In this document: piece by piece, positions 11,832 to 25,286 of the stretch
Layout: the number at the start of each line of letters is the position of its first letter
Position numbering within the stretch: the first letter of the stretch is position 1
Assembly: GCF_006345805.1 (NCBI RefSeq)
Contig: NC_043018.1
Span: 16,988,001 to 17,052,000, forward strand
Direction of reading: 5' to 3'
From: Octopus sinensis
Taxonomy: Eukaryota
Length of the DNA stretch: 64,000 nucleotides
Position numbers and translations under genes: made by a program
Notes under the pieces: model-generated
The model's database searches: none
What the model was told of the DNA's origin: nothing
What the model saw: the letters and a program-made list of their open reading frames with translations, nothing else

Positions 11832-14264
11832 ATGCTTGAATACAGATGTGTGTTAATATGTACGCATCAGTTTTTACGCATGGCTACATTCGTGTGTGCA
11901 GAGTTGGTTATTCATGCGAACCTATGTGTGCGCATAACAGAGTTACCATATGTTTAATAGTTTCGCGGGTGCACGCAAACACTAGCATGCATCACTCTGC
12001 AGCCATATCTATCAATTGGTTCTTATATTGTCATGTTTGTCATCTCTCACCAATCTGACTCTTTTTAACAATATCCTAGTATTTACTAGTATGATACCCG
12101 GCTCTTTGCTCACAACAAGATAAGGAAATTTGAATTTTACATTCTTTGCCCTTATCAAATTTTACATTTAGTATAAACTATCTTCGAGTTTAACACAAAG
12201 TGTCATCAAAGAATTTTTATAAAAAGTTACTTCTCTTTTCATTTTCAGGAAAATGGTATACAAACTATTTTTAATTGAGTAAATTATTGAAGGTTTTATA
12301 AACAGTCGTAATGTGTTTTATTTTTTAAATTCAGATTGTTTATTTCAAAAGTTGCTTCTTTTTTATTCTGTAAAATAACTATAAGCATCATACAATATTT
12401 ATATTTACTTTGATGACTTCTCCATAAACAACCGGATAGTGACTCACATTCATGAATATGTAAATGTGAGTTAATGTATGATAAAGGGAATTTTTATAAT
12501 AATCTGGTCAACGGTATAAGCGTAGAATTTCAGGAAAATATATTCATCAAATCTTGCACGTAATCAAAGTTATAAACGATAAATTTTATTTCGTTTCACG
12601 ATAATGAAATTTTCATGTCATTTCTTTTAAATATTTCCGATATTTGTATATAAACAAATATTTCAGTGGAAAATGATATTTTTGCAGAGTTATGTGCTTA
12701 TTTACCCAATGAAGGTTTATATAAATCAATAATTATTTTCATATTTGTTCTCTTTTTGCCATTCGCTTTGTCTTTAGACAAAATGAGAAAACACATTTGA
12801 ATAAAAGGGTCCTTGTTATTGAAAAAGTTGGCAACTACTGAACTAGACTGTCACCGCTTTTCTTTTTCCCTAAGGCAGTCTTTCAAGAACTGCTCCCCGC
12901 CCTCCTTCTCTCCTTCTTTCTATCTGTCTGTCTCACCTTTAACGTGCTTCCCACTCAACTTGCCCTCCCATTTTCCTCAAATTTGGTGAAAGCAAACACC
13001 TCCCACCGTGCTCTCACTTTGATAAGGACGTTCACGGTGAGGGAACCTCATGCCTGTGATTCAGTTCATGCTTCGGCCTTCTTAAACCCATCGACACCAC
13101 CATCATCAATATTTATCACTCGATCTCCGTTTCCCCTTCCGTGTCACGAGTGACTAAAACAAGTCACTCGTCATCTAATTTTGAACCTGGGGATGAGGAG
13201 ATGTTCATCGCCCGTCTCAGAACCTGCATCCGGTTACTCCTGGATTTTCTACTCGTTAATTGGTTTTGTAATTTGTTGAAGTGATATTAAAGTTATATAA
13301 TTGTTTTTCAAATCAAAGCCCCATAAAACAATGCGTGAGAAAAATGCCAAAAATCCAGGAAATTACAGTAAAATTTGAACGAATCCTTCTTTTGTAAAGT
13401 CATTTAAATTAATTCTATCTCGCCCCCGGTTCCATCTCTCTGTTTCTCTTTGTCTTACAAGCTCCACCCCCTCTCTCTAATGCAAACCCTCTCGTACGTT
13501 AAAATTAATGCTAATTTCTGCTACAACAAATCTTACGGGCAATAAAATTAATAGTTTCCAGATAAATCAATTTAATCTTCTCGAAATAAAATGCCGTTAA
13601 TGTTATCCAAATATGTCAGCGGTTACAATTGCGGCCAAATTCTAAGGGTTTCAATGAATCCGAAAACAACATGCAAGAACATTAAGGGCTGCGAAAATTA
13701 AAGTAATTCCTTTGGAATGAACAGGTTCAGCAAAAAGAGGGAAAGGTTTGGGTGCATTATTAGTCAAGGAATTGTCTACGTTGTACTGTGCTGCCTCCGA
13801 GGCAGGTAGAAGTGAAAATAGGTTAAGTTAGGATTGTGAAGGATTTGATTGCTGTCGGGGGTGGGGGTGGGGGTGGAACAATTTCATGCGGTGCCTAATC
13901 GTTCTACTTAAATGCGATATGTGTCTGAGTTCGTGTTTGTGTCCGTGTGTGTATGTGTGCGTGCGTGCGTGCGTGTGAGTGTGTGTGCGTGCGGATACGT
14001 GTATGTGTGTGCATGTGTGTTTGCTGATGTAAAACGTAAATACAACTCAAAATATTAGTATGCACACACAGACACACATACACACATACACATACACACA
14101 CACATTCACACAAACACACATACACACACACATTATTGTTCATAATCGGTAGAACTACCCGAGTGAAGCACGTGACGAGAGTTTCGTGCACTGATTTGAT
14201 AAATATACATACACGAAACACTTGGTCTTTGAGACACTGTGTAACTATTGCCGATTATTATTAT

Positions 14265-14368
<104 letters not shown>

Positions 14369-14404
14369 GTAGTATGGGCGCAGGAGTGTAGTTAGTAATT
14401 AGCA

Positions 14405-14612
14405 TAGTCGCAGGAGTGGCTGTGTGGTAAGTAGCTTGCTTACCAACCACATGTTTCCGGGTTCAGTGCCTCTGCGTGACCCCTTGGGCAAGTGTCTTCT
14501 ACTATAGCCTCGATCCGACCAAAGCTTTGTGAGTGGATTTGGTGGACGGAAACTGAAAGAAACCTGTGGTATATATGTATATATGTATATGTGTGAGTGT
14601 GTTTGTTTTGTG
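14405..14612 (+). mobile_element. SINE family A, 5' half
   Basis: GCAGGAGTGGCTGTGTGGTAAGTAGCTTGCTTACCAACCAC...CCTTGGGCAAGTGTCTTCTACTATAGCC...GACGGAAACTGAAAGAA. Confidence 0.9.
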
Positions 14613-15099
14613 CGTGTTTAAACAGAGAGCATTTCAGTTTTGTATGTATTATGGATCAGGACAGTATCATGGATGCCTAACTGAAAAACCAACCGAAGAA
14701 ATTTCTTCTTGGATCTTCATTGTTCCAGTAATCTGTTCAGAAAGGAGATATTATAATTTTTTTGAGGTTCGTATTTTTGCTTGTAATTTCTGTTTTAAGG
14801 CCATACTTATTTCTTGTCACTTGAACTTTTCTTTTTCTTTACGCAGAAACATATTTTTCAGCCTCATAGTTTTTCTTAAAAGATTGTTGCCTACCTTGCA
14901 TCAAGCTTAAATCTATTTATCCGGACAAAAATTTAGAAATATAAAATCATGCGATAAACTAATAATAATAAGAATGGTGTGAAAACATTGTAGTGTCGTC
15001 CTCTCAATTTTTCTGATGGTATTAAAGGGATTATGTGCAAGGAGAACTGCTTAGTCGACTATAAACGGATCGGATTAAGATTTCTGTAATGTATACGTG

Positions 15100-15255
15100 A
15101 GGCAGTAAGGCGCCGTTAGCACCGGAAAAAATAGTTGGCGGCATCTTATCTGTCATTTCGTTCTAAGTTCAAATTCAGCCAAGGTTGACTTTGACATTCA
15201 TCCTTTCGGGATGGATAAATTATGTAACAACTTGTTGACCTTGTGCCAAAATTCA
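15100..15255 (+). mobile_element. SINE family D, degenerate
   Basis: CGTTAGCACCGG...GTTCTAAGTTCAAATTCAGCCAAGGTTGACTTTGACATTCATCCTTTCGGG..GATAAATT aligns with the family D head/body. Confidence 0.7.
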
Positions 15256-16937
15256 ATGCCCACTCATTTGTGGGTCACACATAACATTCACAGGTCATTA
15301 CAGTCAATGCATTCCTTTAACTATTTTGCGTTGTCTGAAATATTTAGCACAGATGAAAATTTTGATAGGAATAATTAATTATTTCAGCGAAGAAATACTT
15401 TTCACATGAAAACGATACTAAAGAGTAGAATTTATTCCTGCTATTTGGCAGCATAATTAAAATTATATTTTCATCGTTTTGGTTCAAGATACATTTTAAA
15501 ATTTCAGTGACTTGGCCACAGGTTTTCCACTGACCAGATATCCGGACTGAATGCTGCTAAGTGAGGGGATTCCGCTACAGGGAGCTAAGGACCAGATTAT
15601 TTTGGTTAATCTGGCGCCAAGATCTGGAGTGGTAACATACTTTGGGTTTTGTACAATTCACTCTACCTCCACCACCACAACCACCACCACCGACAACAAC
15701 AACAACGCCGCCACCACCACCAAATTTCATTTAACCTTTGGTCATTTCAGATTTCATCAGAATATTCCTGCTTTGCATTAGGATTGAAACGCGTATCACG
15801 CCATTGCGAAGCCACTCCTGCGACTAGCTGGCACATATACAGCTATCAAGAAGATAGACGCCGACGAACGTTGTTCGTAAATAAAACATGTTGATACATT
15901 TATAAATTGCTCCTTCGAAACGAAAACATAAAGAAAGAGGATAGATAAGATTAAGTTTAATTCCTGTTATTTAACCATATCGAAATAGTTATGTAGAATT
16001 GTGATGGCATTAGAAACCTTATGGCCAAAACAAAAGCAAAAACCAAAAAGAGAAAAAACCCAGCTAAAGAAGATGAATTCGGCGTGATTAGTGTTCATTA
16101 AAGAAATGAAAAGGTGAATAGTTGCTCATTAGGACTGAAGCTGTATGTTTTCATTTCTGAGCACCGAAGTTAGCTGAAGCGGAATCATTATAGGATTCCA
16201 ATAGTAAACAAGTAAGAAATTACTCCTGTCGTTCCAATGTGTATGACTGGTACCTATGTGTAGGTGAAACGCTAAGATTTTAGTCAACTTGAATGCAAAA
16301 TACATGATATCTAATGAAGTATTTAATTACGAAAAATTCATGTCTTGATTCATAAGTAATAATTATGTTGGTGCACTTTTAGTTGTTTAGCCTTAGTTTG
16401 ACTTAGCAAGTCTATCAACAAACGCGTCCCTGCCATGAACTACGCCCCATCTTTCTTTCAGATATTGGATAACTTCATTAGACACCAGTTTGCAGCAAGA
16501 ATTAATATTGATTTGTGTTGCTGTATAAAGAATATAAATAGTTTAAATGTGGAATAACTTCTTTCCTTGTAAATCAGGGGAAAAGGCTAACATTTAACGC
16601 TTCATCATTCGTTTGTCGTTTCGAAAGATGTTTGTCATATTTCAAAACCAGTATTTGGCATTCAATCGAACTATGCTTCACAACTATCATGGCTTGATCC
16701 ATAAGGCAGAAAAACCCAGTGTCCTAACGGTGTATCACAAATTTATCTATTTCAAGTGGAAGCCAGTGACATACTGACTATGAGACATTCGTGGTAGCTA
16801 TCAATGAAGGCTGATTACTATCCCGTTGTTTTCTTCGGCAGTTTGTAGAGTTCAAACTATTTCTTTCGACGTGTCAACAATAATCTCTCTATTTTTATCT
16901 GCATTGTCCATTGGTTTCTGGTTATATTATAAAGTCT

Positions 16938-17255
16938 GAGGGCACGTGGCTTAGTGGTTAGGGCATTCGGCTCATGATCGTAAGGTTGTGAGTTCGATTC
17001 CCGGCGACGCGTTGTGTCCTTGAGCAAGACACTTTATTTCACGTTGCTCCAGTCCACTCAGCTGGCAAAAATGAGTTGTACTTGTATTTCAAAGGGTCAG
17101 CCTTGTCACTCTCTGTGTCACGCTGATTATCCCCGAGAACTACGTTAAGGGTACACGTGTCTGTGGAATGCTCAGCCATTTGCACGTTAATTTCACGAGC
17201 AAGCTGTTCCGTCGATCGTATCAGCTGGGACCCTCGTCGTTGTAACCGGCGGAGT
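16938..17255 (+). mobile_element. tRNA-derived SINE family B (3' module shared with family C)
   Basis: A box GTGGCTTAGTGG, B box GAGTTCGATTCC, core GTCCTTGAGCAAGACACTT; from TTGTACTTGTATTTCAAAGGG to CCCTCGTCGT.GTAACCG it is nearly the same as 33680-33860. Confidence 0.9.
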
Positions 17256-18285
17256 CTTTAGGATATTATAAAGTCTAGAGAGTGGGTCAATGAGTTTCCA
17301 ATGGGGTGCCTCCGCTGGCTTGGTATTCGTCCATTTGTGTCTTCAGCCTTTGGAATGTTGCTGTCGGTTTCATGAACCAACAGTAAGAAAGAGGAAATAT
17401 AGAACATTCTCCCTACCAAAACAACATTTTTAGAGAATCCTGGATTCAGAGATGTGGTATTATCTAATGCTACTGGAGGGAGATGCTCCCCATAGTTAGA
17501 TGAGGAAGAGAGAGAAAGAAAACGGAAAGAAAATAGTGAAGAATAGTTGAGAGAGATCAGAAGGTTATATTTACTGACGATAACGGATGTAGCAAAAAGT
17601 GAGGAACGTTCCAGTCTAACTGAATCGCTTATCAATGTTTCATTCCACTGTATAACTACATATTCTGTAATAATGAAATCCCGTCTAACAGGATTCATTA
17701 AACATTTCTGCGTGCAAATAGTAGGAAGGAAACAGGAATAATTACTCTTCTCTATGTTTGTCCCAGAGAGCTGCAGCTATGCATTAATAATGTGTAGTCA
17801 ACAAAAAACATTTCTTGGACAGATTATTACTGACGCACTGAAAGAAATAGCTAACATTGTATAATTATTTATATAATTTTTGTAGAGAACTATTGTGGCT
17901 AGCATTTAATATTTCAGCTGCAGATAATTTATTCATAAGCAACGAAAAAACCATTGTTAATTAGTGGCATATTTTACCTTTATTAGCTGCAGAAATAATC
18001 GAACATTAATGCTATACGATACCGCAGTTACTATATTTAATGGAGGAATTCTGTTCGAGCGCCCAATTAAATATTCCGTCCCTAGACTGAATATACATAT
18101 AGTTTCCAATACGCTTTTAATAAATATTTAATGGTATCGTATAAATATTATACGATAGATATTTTTCGGTGTAAATAAAGTAAAATATTTCTACGAATGG
18201 AATATATTATAATACATTCATATGTTTATATCATGCATATGTGTGCACACACACACTCACATACACACTCGCACACGCATTTATA

Positions 18286-19145
18286 CACAGGTTAAATAAT
18301 TGTAAAGTAGGTGTTCATTAAAATACATTTCCTTCTCAAAATTTAATAGAATCTGCAGATATTATTTTATTATTTTGTCAACGCCTGTTTTCAAACTAAC
18401 GTCCGTTCTGGTCCAGGCACTGCTGACAATGCGAAGCAATGGAATCGCAAACATCTCGAAACAATTCGTTTGGTATTTGTGTACATTCTCATTCAATGGC
18501 TGCTCTCAAATCAGTGACTGTTGCAGGCTCCATAGCGTAGGCTCTGTGTTTTAGGTATCCCCATAGGAAAGTCTAGAGGTGTGAGGTCTGGTGAACGCGG
18601 AGGGTATACGACAAAACCTCTTCGTCCAATCCACCGGTTTGGCAAGATCTCATCAAGGAGGGATCTAACATCGCGATGGTATTGTGGAGGTGCCCGTCTT
18701 GTTGAAAATAAAAAGCTTCATCTTCAAAGTCTTCTCTAATGCTTGGCATGACAGACTTTTGCAGTAAGTTCAGTCACAGTACCGCCAAAAAAGAATGTTC
18801 CAATTAATCCTCTTGATGATAAGCCACACCGCACTGCAACTCCTGGTAGATTAACATGGTGTTGTACCATAGCATGCGGATTCTTAGGTCCCCAGTAGGT
18901 GCAATTGTGGCGGTTAATTGAACCATTTAATTTGAATGTGGCCTCATCCCTCCACACAATCTTTGTTGGAAAGTGTGCATCTTGTACACAACTTTCCAAA
19001 GCCCCATTCGCAACACTGCACTCTTCAGTCTGGATCATCATCATTAGTCGCATGGACTAATCTTGGAACGTAACTTTTCCATTCACCACGGTTCAAAATG
19101 CGTTGGAAGATGTTTTTGAAATACCGACCTCACGACTCGCTTGTA
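18286..19145 (-). mobile_element. Decayed Tc1/mariner transposon, DD41D (rosa/Visitor-type) transposase, 5'-truncated
   Basis: Minus strand: [27 protein letters not shown]...[23 protein letters not shown]...NPH...[13 protein letters not shown]...[57 protein letters not shown]. 41 residues lie between the 2nd and 3rd Asp after correcting one frameshift. Candidate terminus TA|CACAGGTTAAATAATTGTAAAG at 18284. Confidence 0.9.
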
Positions 19146-20134
19146 TATCAATTCCAAATAAGAAAGGGAGACAATCACAAGAAGCAATAATTTTTCGAAG
19201 TTGCAACGCATTTAAGGAAAAAACCATAATATTGGAGACTGAAAGACAGTCTGACCGGTCTCTTTTGTTGGCTTACTTTCCCGAGATTACCGAGGCTTTA
19301 GAAGTGAAAGCAAGAGCTGATCTGGTCCTTACTACTGTGTTACTTCAGGCAAACTTAGAATTTTAAGGAGGCGGTGCTCTATAGTTTCAAGATACCTTGT
19401 TGAACGCTCTGACATTTCCACTGCTTTACCATTCCAAATTGGGACTTTGTTTCACCTATACTATAAGGCAGGATTCGAACTCAGTAACGACTCAGACGCA
19501 ACAAATACCATTGGTTATTCTTTCTAACGCTACCACTGTTCTGCCAAAAGCAAATGGTAGTAAGGAATCTTTAACAACAGAGAATTAACGAAATTGTTGT
19601 GACTATAACGATGTTGTGAAGATCACCATGATATAGGAAGATAGAAAGTAAATTAATTAAACTTCAGTCATTAATTAGAGAGATAGGAAAACTGCTAATT
19701 AAATTCATGATGAGTATATTAGTAATTGATCTGCAATGGTGGTGGTGGTGGAGGGACTGATATTTTGTTCATTAAAAATTTGGAACCTATCTATTGGTAA
19801 TTTGGAACCTATCTATCTAGTAAGCTATACTCTCATCATTATTCCCTTGGAATACAAATGTTGAACGTTGGCACATGATCACGTGATATTGTCTTCGACT
19901 CGTTAATGTGTTGCCCTACAAAGAAAACAACCAACGGTTGATATCCCAGCAACTGAGCAGCGTTCTGTACACGCAGTCACTTACATTTAGCTGCAAGTAG
20001 AAACCTGAACTGGGTAAAGAGGTGGGAGCATTGTATGGGTGACGACTGCTTCGTCATTGGCGCAGTAATGAGTTCAGTTTAGACTAGTTGCACTCAATGG
20101 AAATATTATTATATATTAGCCAACTAACCACCTT

Positions 20135-20155
20135 ATAATAATAATGATAATAATA

Positions 20156-20220
<65 letters not shown>
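20135..20220. repeat. (AAT)n microsatellite
   Basis: Directly visible. Confidence 0.95.
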
Positions 20221-20221
<1 letters not shown>

Positions 20222-20290
20222 TAGAGAAATTAAGGTCAATAGGCCAGATATAGTTCTCAGAGATCATGAAGAAAAAATGTTTTCTAATAT

Positions 20291-20359
20291 AAGCGTAGGA
20301 GTGGCTATGTGGTAAATAGCTTGCTTACGAACCACAAGGTCCCGAGTTCAGTCCCACTG
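20291..20359 (+). mobile_element. SINE family A head only
   Basis: GCGTAGGAGTGGCTATGTGGTAAATAGCTTGCTTACGAACCAC...GAGTTCAGTCCCACTG. Confidence 0.8.
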
Positions 20360-20371
20360 AATACGCAACGC

Positions 20372-20475
20372 ATCCTAGGCATAACACCAACATGAACTTC
20401 CAACTTGTTGTCTCTTGAGGTCTCTGGGTGAGACTTGGAGCCAACTTGTACAAATGTAAAGCAAAATAAACATAA

Positions 20476-20571
<96 letters not shown>
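20372..20571 (+). mobile_element. Probable 3' end of an R4/Dong-type LINE with (AAT)n tail
   Basis: ~105 bp (CCTAGGCATAACACC...GTCTCTTGAGGTCTCTGGGTGAGACTTGG...) running into (AAT)n. The assignment rests on my recollection of R4/Dong-like 3' ends and was not computed. Confidence 0.45.
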
Positions 20572-20572
<1 letters not shown>

Positions 20573-21059
20573 GTACATTGTTTTGTCTTGGTATAAAAGA
20601 TGGGCTACAGCAAATATTCTGCTCAATACCACAGATTTGCTTGTCAGTTGTTTGACCTTAACCAGTTGAGCATGTCCCTTAGTGGCTGACGATATGTGCA
20701 TCTCTGATCACGAGCATAAGTAGTGGGGGAGCATCATAGCCATGTGTTGAGAGGGATTCTTTGGGGTTTGAATAATTCACCTCTGGAAACATGGGTGGTT
20801 CTTTCAACATCCTTAAACAACCCTTATTCAGGGACCTTTTGAGCGGGATGGGCTACTCAACCTGAAGAAAATTCTAACTGGGCCCCACCTGCAAGGTCAT
20901 GTGCTGTTTATCTTGATATGAGATCACCATATCCCGCACATATGGTTGTGATGCATGTGCCTGGTGTACCTTTATCAGACGGGTAGTCATGATGGGTATA
21001 TTGGGCTTCGTATATTTTACCCCAGTGTCACTTTGATGGCATGCACTGCTCTCTCACTC

Positions 21060-21060
<1 letters not shown>
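20572..21060 (+). mobile_element. ~490-bp non-coding dispersed repeat bracketed by (AAT)n (probable LINE 3' UTR or SINE-like)
   Basis: Higher-GC block sharply bounded by (AAT)n on both sides and ending ...CTCTCACTC(AAT)n; no recognisable ORF. Confidence 0.45.
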
Positions 21061-21146
<86 letters not shown>

Positions 21147-21192
21147 AAGAAGAAGAAGAAGAAGAAGAATAACAACAACAACAACAACAAAA
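21060..21192. repeat. (AAT)n-(AAG)n-(AAC)n compound microsatellite
   Basis: Directly visible. Confidence 0.95.
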
Positions 21193-21944
21193 ATAATACT
21201 CTCAATGATTATGTTTGTTTATGCATAAAGATTTTACTTTGGTAAAGGTAAATGGAAAGATATCGCTTGTGTTCCAGGTTAGCATCGTGTGAAATAATGT
21301 CAGTGATAAATGCTAAGCGAGTCGTGATGTCAGTTGGCAGGGAGTCGACATCTTCCCCCTGCAGCGCTCATCACTGAATCCAGGAAGAATTTGAGTCGTG
21401 ATATGGAGACAGTGTTTAATTCTTCTTGGTGTCGAGTTTATCGTGTGGAATATTTAACTGACTTTAAATTGAACGTCGTAATGCCAAATAGGTTAACACT
21501 GACGAATGAATAACATCTTTTGTTAGTGTTATATCCTGTTGAGTACGATTTGATGTCATTCATGTACTGAAATCAAAGGTATTGTGAACAGGATTAGCGT
21601 GGCAATAGGTGTATGTATAAATGTGTGCAATCACACACACACACACAGGCACACACACACAGAGGCACACACGCGCGCATGCACATCACATACAAACACA
21701 TACACATACACACTCTTATGCATACGTATATATCATTATGCGCTGTAATGTAATATATTAGTGAAATATCATCAAGTAGAATAGTTTACACTTTCGCAAT
21801 GGACTGAAATATAATGTAATATTATAACAGGTAGGTAACAGTCGCGGACGCGCGCTTGCACGCACACGCACACACACACACACACACGGTTTCACCACCA
21901 TAAGAATGATTATCACAACATAGTGTTGTTCTAGAGAATGTTTA

Positions 21945-22135
21945 AGGCACCATAAGAAAATTATGTTTGATTTAAAACTTGAGATTACATAGAAAGTTCC
22001 CATGAGTATTTTGGGGTTTCCTGGTATCTGAGCTAGGTAGCAATCAGCCCCTTTTGCTATCATTCCCAGGGCACCTATGACAACAGGTATTGTTTTAGTC
22101 TTCAGGTTCCACATTTTGCTAATTTCTATTTCAAT
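21945..22135 (-). mobile_element. R4/Dong-type (restriction-like endonuclease) LINE, C-terminal fragment
   Basis: Minus translation EISKMWNLKTKTIPVVIGALGMIAKGADCYLAQIPGNPK..LMGT matches the E-x3-W-x6-P-x3-GALG C-terminus of R4-clade ORFs; it abuts (TTA)n at 22143-22265. Confidence 0.75.
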
Positions 22136-22159
22136 ATGTTTATATTATTATTGTTATTA

Positions 22160-22226
<67 letters not shown>

Positions 22227-22779
22227 CATTATTATATTATTATTATTATTATTATTATCATTATTCTATTCTGCGCTTTAACGAATCTGCCAGTTCACCT
22301 CGTGTATACTACAACGTGTAAGGTGTATGTGTGTGTTTGTGTGTGTGTGTATGTGTTCATGTATGCGTGTCTGTAAAATAGGTATGTTTGTATGTATGTA
22401 TCATGGAGTAGTATGAGATATTGTTATGTAGTACGCCCTAATGTACGACAATACAAAGTTGTAAAACGTAGGTTTTAGGTAGTATAACGTAGTTTGTTGT
22501 TAAATGTGATACGCTCTGTTACGTTTTATGATACAACTGATGTTATAACATGTACCGTGTTATATTGAAGGTTTCCCAAACTAACGACGTATCTACCAAA
22601 TTATAAAGTAAGGCCTACCAAGCTGAACTATGAACCTAACAAATTAGGCTAGAGGATCTGCGATAATGCGCTATTAGACCTACCAAAAATGTAGAAGTTC
22701 AACATTTATAAAGATGAATTATCCAAGAATGTAGTTGAATTGTTCGTTTCCTAAACTCAAGTTTAAGGTCGACGTAATT

Positions 22780-23075
22780 GACGAATAATGTAGAAAGATT
22801 AAAGACGAAGTGTTGTGACGAATAATGTAGAAAGATTAAAGACGAAGTGTTGTGACGAATAATGTAGAAAGATTAAAGACGAAGTGTTGTGACGAATAAT
22901 GTAGAAAGATTAAAGACGAAGTGTTGTGACGAATAATGTAGAAAGATTAAAGACGAAGTGTTGTGACGAATAATGTAGAAAGATTAAAGACGAAGTGTTG
23001 TGACGAATAATGTAGAAAGATTAAAGACGAAGTGTTGTGACGAATAATGTAGAAAGATTAAAGACGAAGTGTTGT
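22780..23075. repeat. Perfect tandem repeat, 8 x 37 bp
   Basis: Unit GACGAATAATGTAGAAAGATTAAAGACGAAGTGTTGT at 22780, 22817 ... 23039; no differences seen. Confidence 0.95.
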
Positions 23076-24478
23076 CTCCAAAACACCAGCGTCCTTAAAG
23101 AGGGACACTTGTTCAGAAACATCTTCGTCCTACCACTGATATTACTAATGTAGCTTTTGTTCTTGTTGCTACATTTTGCTCCTAATCTTCTCATCACACC
23201 GAATCCCAAAAAGGAATATCACAATGAGGAGTTGGGTTATAAACGCACAATGGTATTGTAAAAAGATGGTCGTGCTTAGAACTACTTTCACCATAGGTCT
23301 GTTTCATCTGAGATAATCTGGGTCTGAACCACACAACAATCTAATCTCAGCGCCGGACAGTTAATAAAATGAGTTTGTAACGATCAGGGTATCAGAGATT
23401 TTCCCAGAATTCAAAGCTGCCATTTCACTCCATCATAGAAAAATAGTCACGTGAAAGTCAATGAATAGATAATAATGTTTTTCTTTATTGTTTTTAATCA
23501 TTTACCCGAACGAGAACTGAGTGTTTTAGATCTTGTTAAGGACCGCAAGCTTGAAGGTTGAAGAGAAAGAAAGTTATTCTGAAATTAGAATATTTAGCCT
23601 AATGGACCCAGATAAAGTACCGAAGGATCAGTGAGGAGGAAACTTGATGACCCGAGAATAATTGAAACCGTAGTTTTCATCCCTTGAAACCTAATACACA
23701 GTTTTCACCCATTAAGTTCCATTTGCAATGCTTCGGCCAAACTGAGTTTATGATAGATGGCATATTATCTAAAGTGCTGCACAGAGAAAACGTCCTAGAA
23801 CTAGGAAGAAAATTGCCTACGTCACTGATTTCACAGGATGACGCCTTCGTGACATAAATTCTTATTTCTCTTCGAGTCTAAATGCATTTAGCAACGCGTC
23901 TTAAAAGAAATCAACAGCCCCCCCTCACCCGACCTCAATTAAGGTTAATAGAGCTGTTATATAAAGAAATTCCTTTCAATTTGATTGAAAACAGGAAATT
24001 GATGGTTTTTACGAACAGAGATGCCTAATTCACATTACTATTTTGATGACATGCTGCCAAATTTGGTGTCTGCTGTGAAACATTCAATATTGGCTTTTAG
24101 CTTTCAATCAGTTTTATTTTCATGATAGCTTCCCGCCTAGAAGAAGCCATGGCCAAAAAAACATCCTATTTATCTCCATATATGTATAAAAAAAGAATAA
24201 ATTATATCTATCCACCTACCTATCAAACTATATGTCTATGTTTGTGTGTGTGCATATGCGTGGATGTGTGCATGCGTGTGTGTATGTGTATATGTATGTG
24301 TAGTTAGAAATACGTTTTTTTTTCTTTAAATACATAAAAAATGTTTGTATACAGGGTAATATTTATCATAAAACTTTTCACAGCTACACATAGACACACA
24401 CACATATATATAGGTATATATATATATGTGTGTGTGTGTGTATAATATACACGGCCATATCAGAGACAGATATATATG

Positions 24479-24536
<58 letters not shown>

Positions 24537-24554
24537 CATATACGTATTTATATA

Positions 24555-24631
<77 letters not shown>

Positions 24632-25020
24632 TATGTAAAGCTGAACAGAGAAAATTATATGAAGTAAAATGAATGTCGGTGGTGTACGTGAGTTGTCTAT
24701 AATGGTCGAATGCCAGGTCTAAGTGGTTTAACTAATGTTTCAATGCAAGAATATCCACGAAGATTTCTATTTCACCTGATAGTAATGGACTCTTTTATAC
24801 ATTAGCTATAAAAGAAAGAAATAGGCAGAAAACATTTGGAATGTCCTCATAAACAGCGTACAGTTATCGTTAATTAGATTTTAACAATAATTCTAAACCA
24901 CTGTATTTGAAGTATGTAGATTATGTTACCTTCCGTAACGAGGTAAATCACCTTGAAACGAAATTCCCAACTCTTTTTAGGCTTCACAATATTTCACTGA
25001 CGTCATTGCGGCTAGAAATA

Positions 25021-25237
25021 CTCTTTACTCTTTTACTTGTTTCAGTCATTTGACTGCGGCCATGCTGGAGCACCGCCTTTAATCGAGCAACTCGACCCCG
25101 GGACTTATTCTTTTGTAAGCCCAGTACTTATTCTATCGTTCTCTTTTGCCGAACCGCTAAGTAACGGGCACATAAACACACCAGCATCGGTTGTCACGCA
25201 ATGCTAGGGGGCAAAAACAGACACACAAACACACACA

Positions 25238-25286
<49 letters not shown>

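Noticed and set aside
16938-17010. tRNA genes (also heads at 33483, 48730-48804 and 32347)
   Set aside because: A/B boxes are present but continue into shared SINE bodies; no complete cloverleaf with an acceptor stem was found.
17258-17698. 146-aa minus ORF (also 58383-58799, 63300-63668 and 56237-56704)
   Set aside because: No recognisable domain, partly low complexity, and no convincing splice or start context.
24998-25005. Full CRE sites TGACGTCA (also 42131 and 53872)
   Set aside because: A few 8-mer hits in 64 kb without promoter context are compatible with chance.
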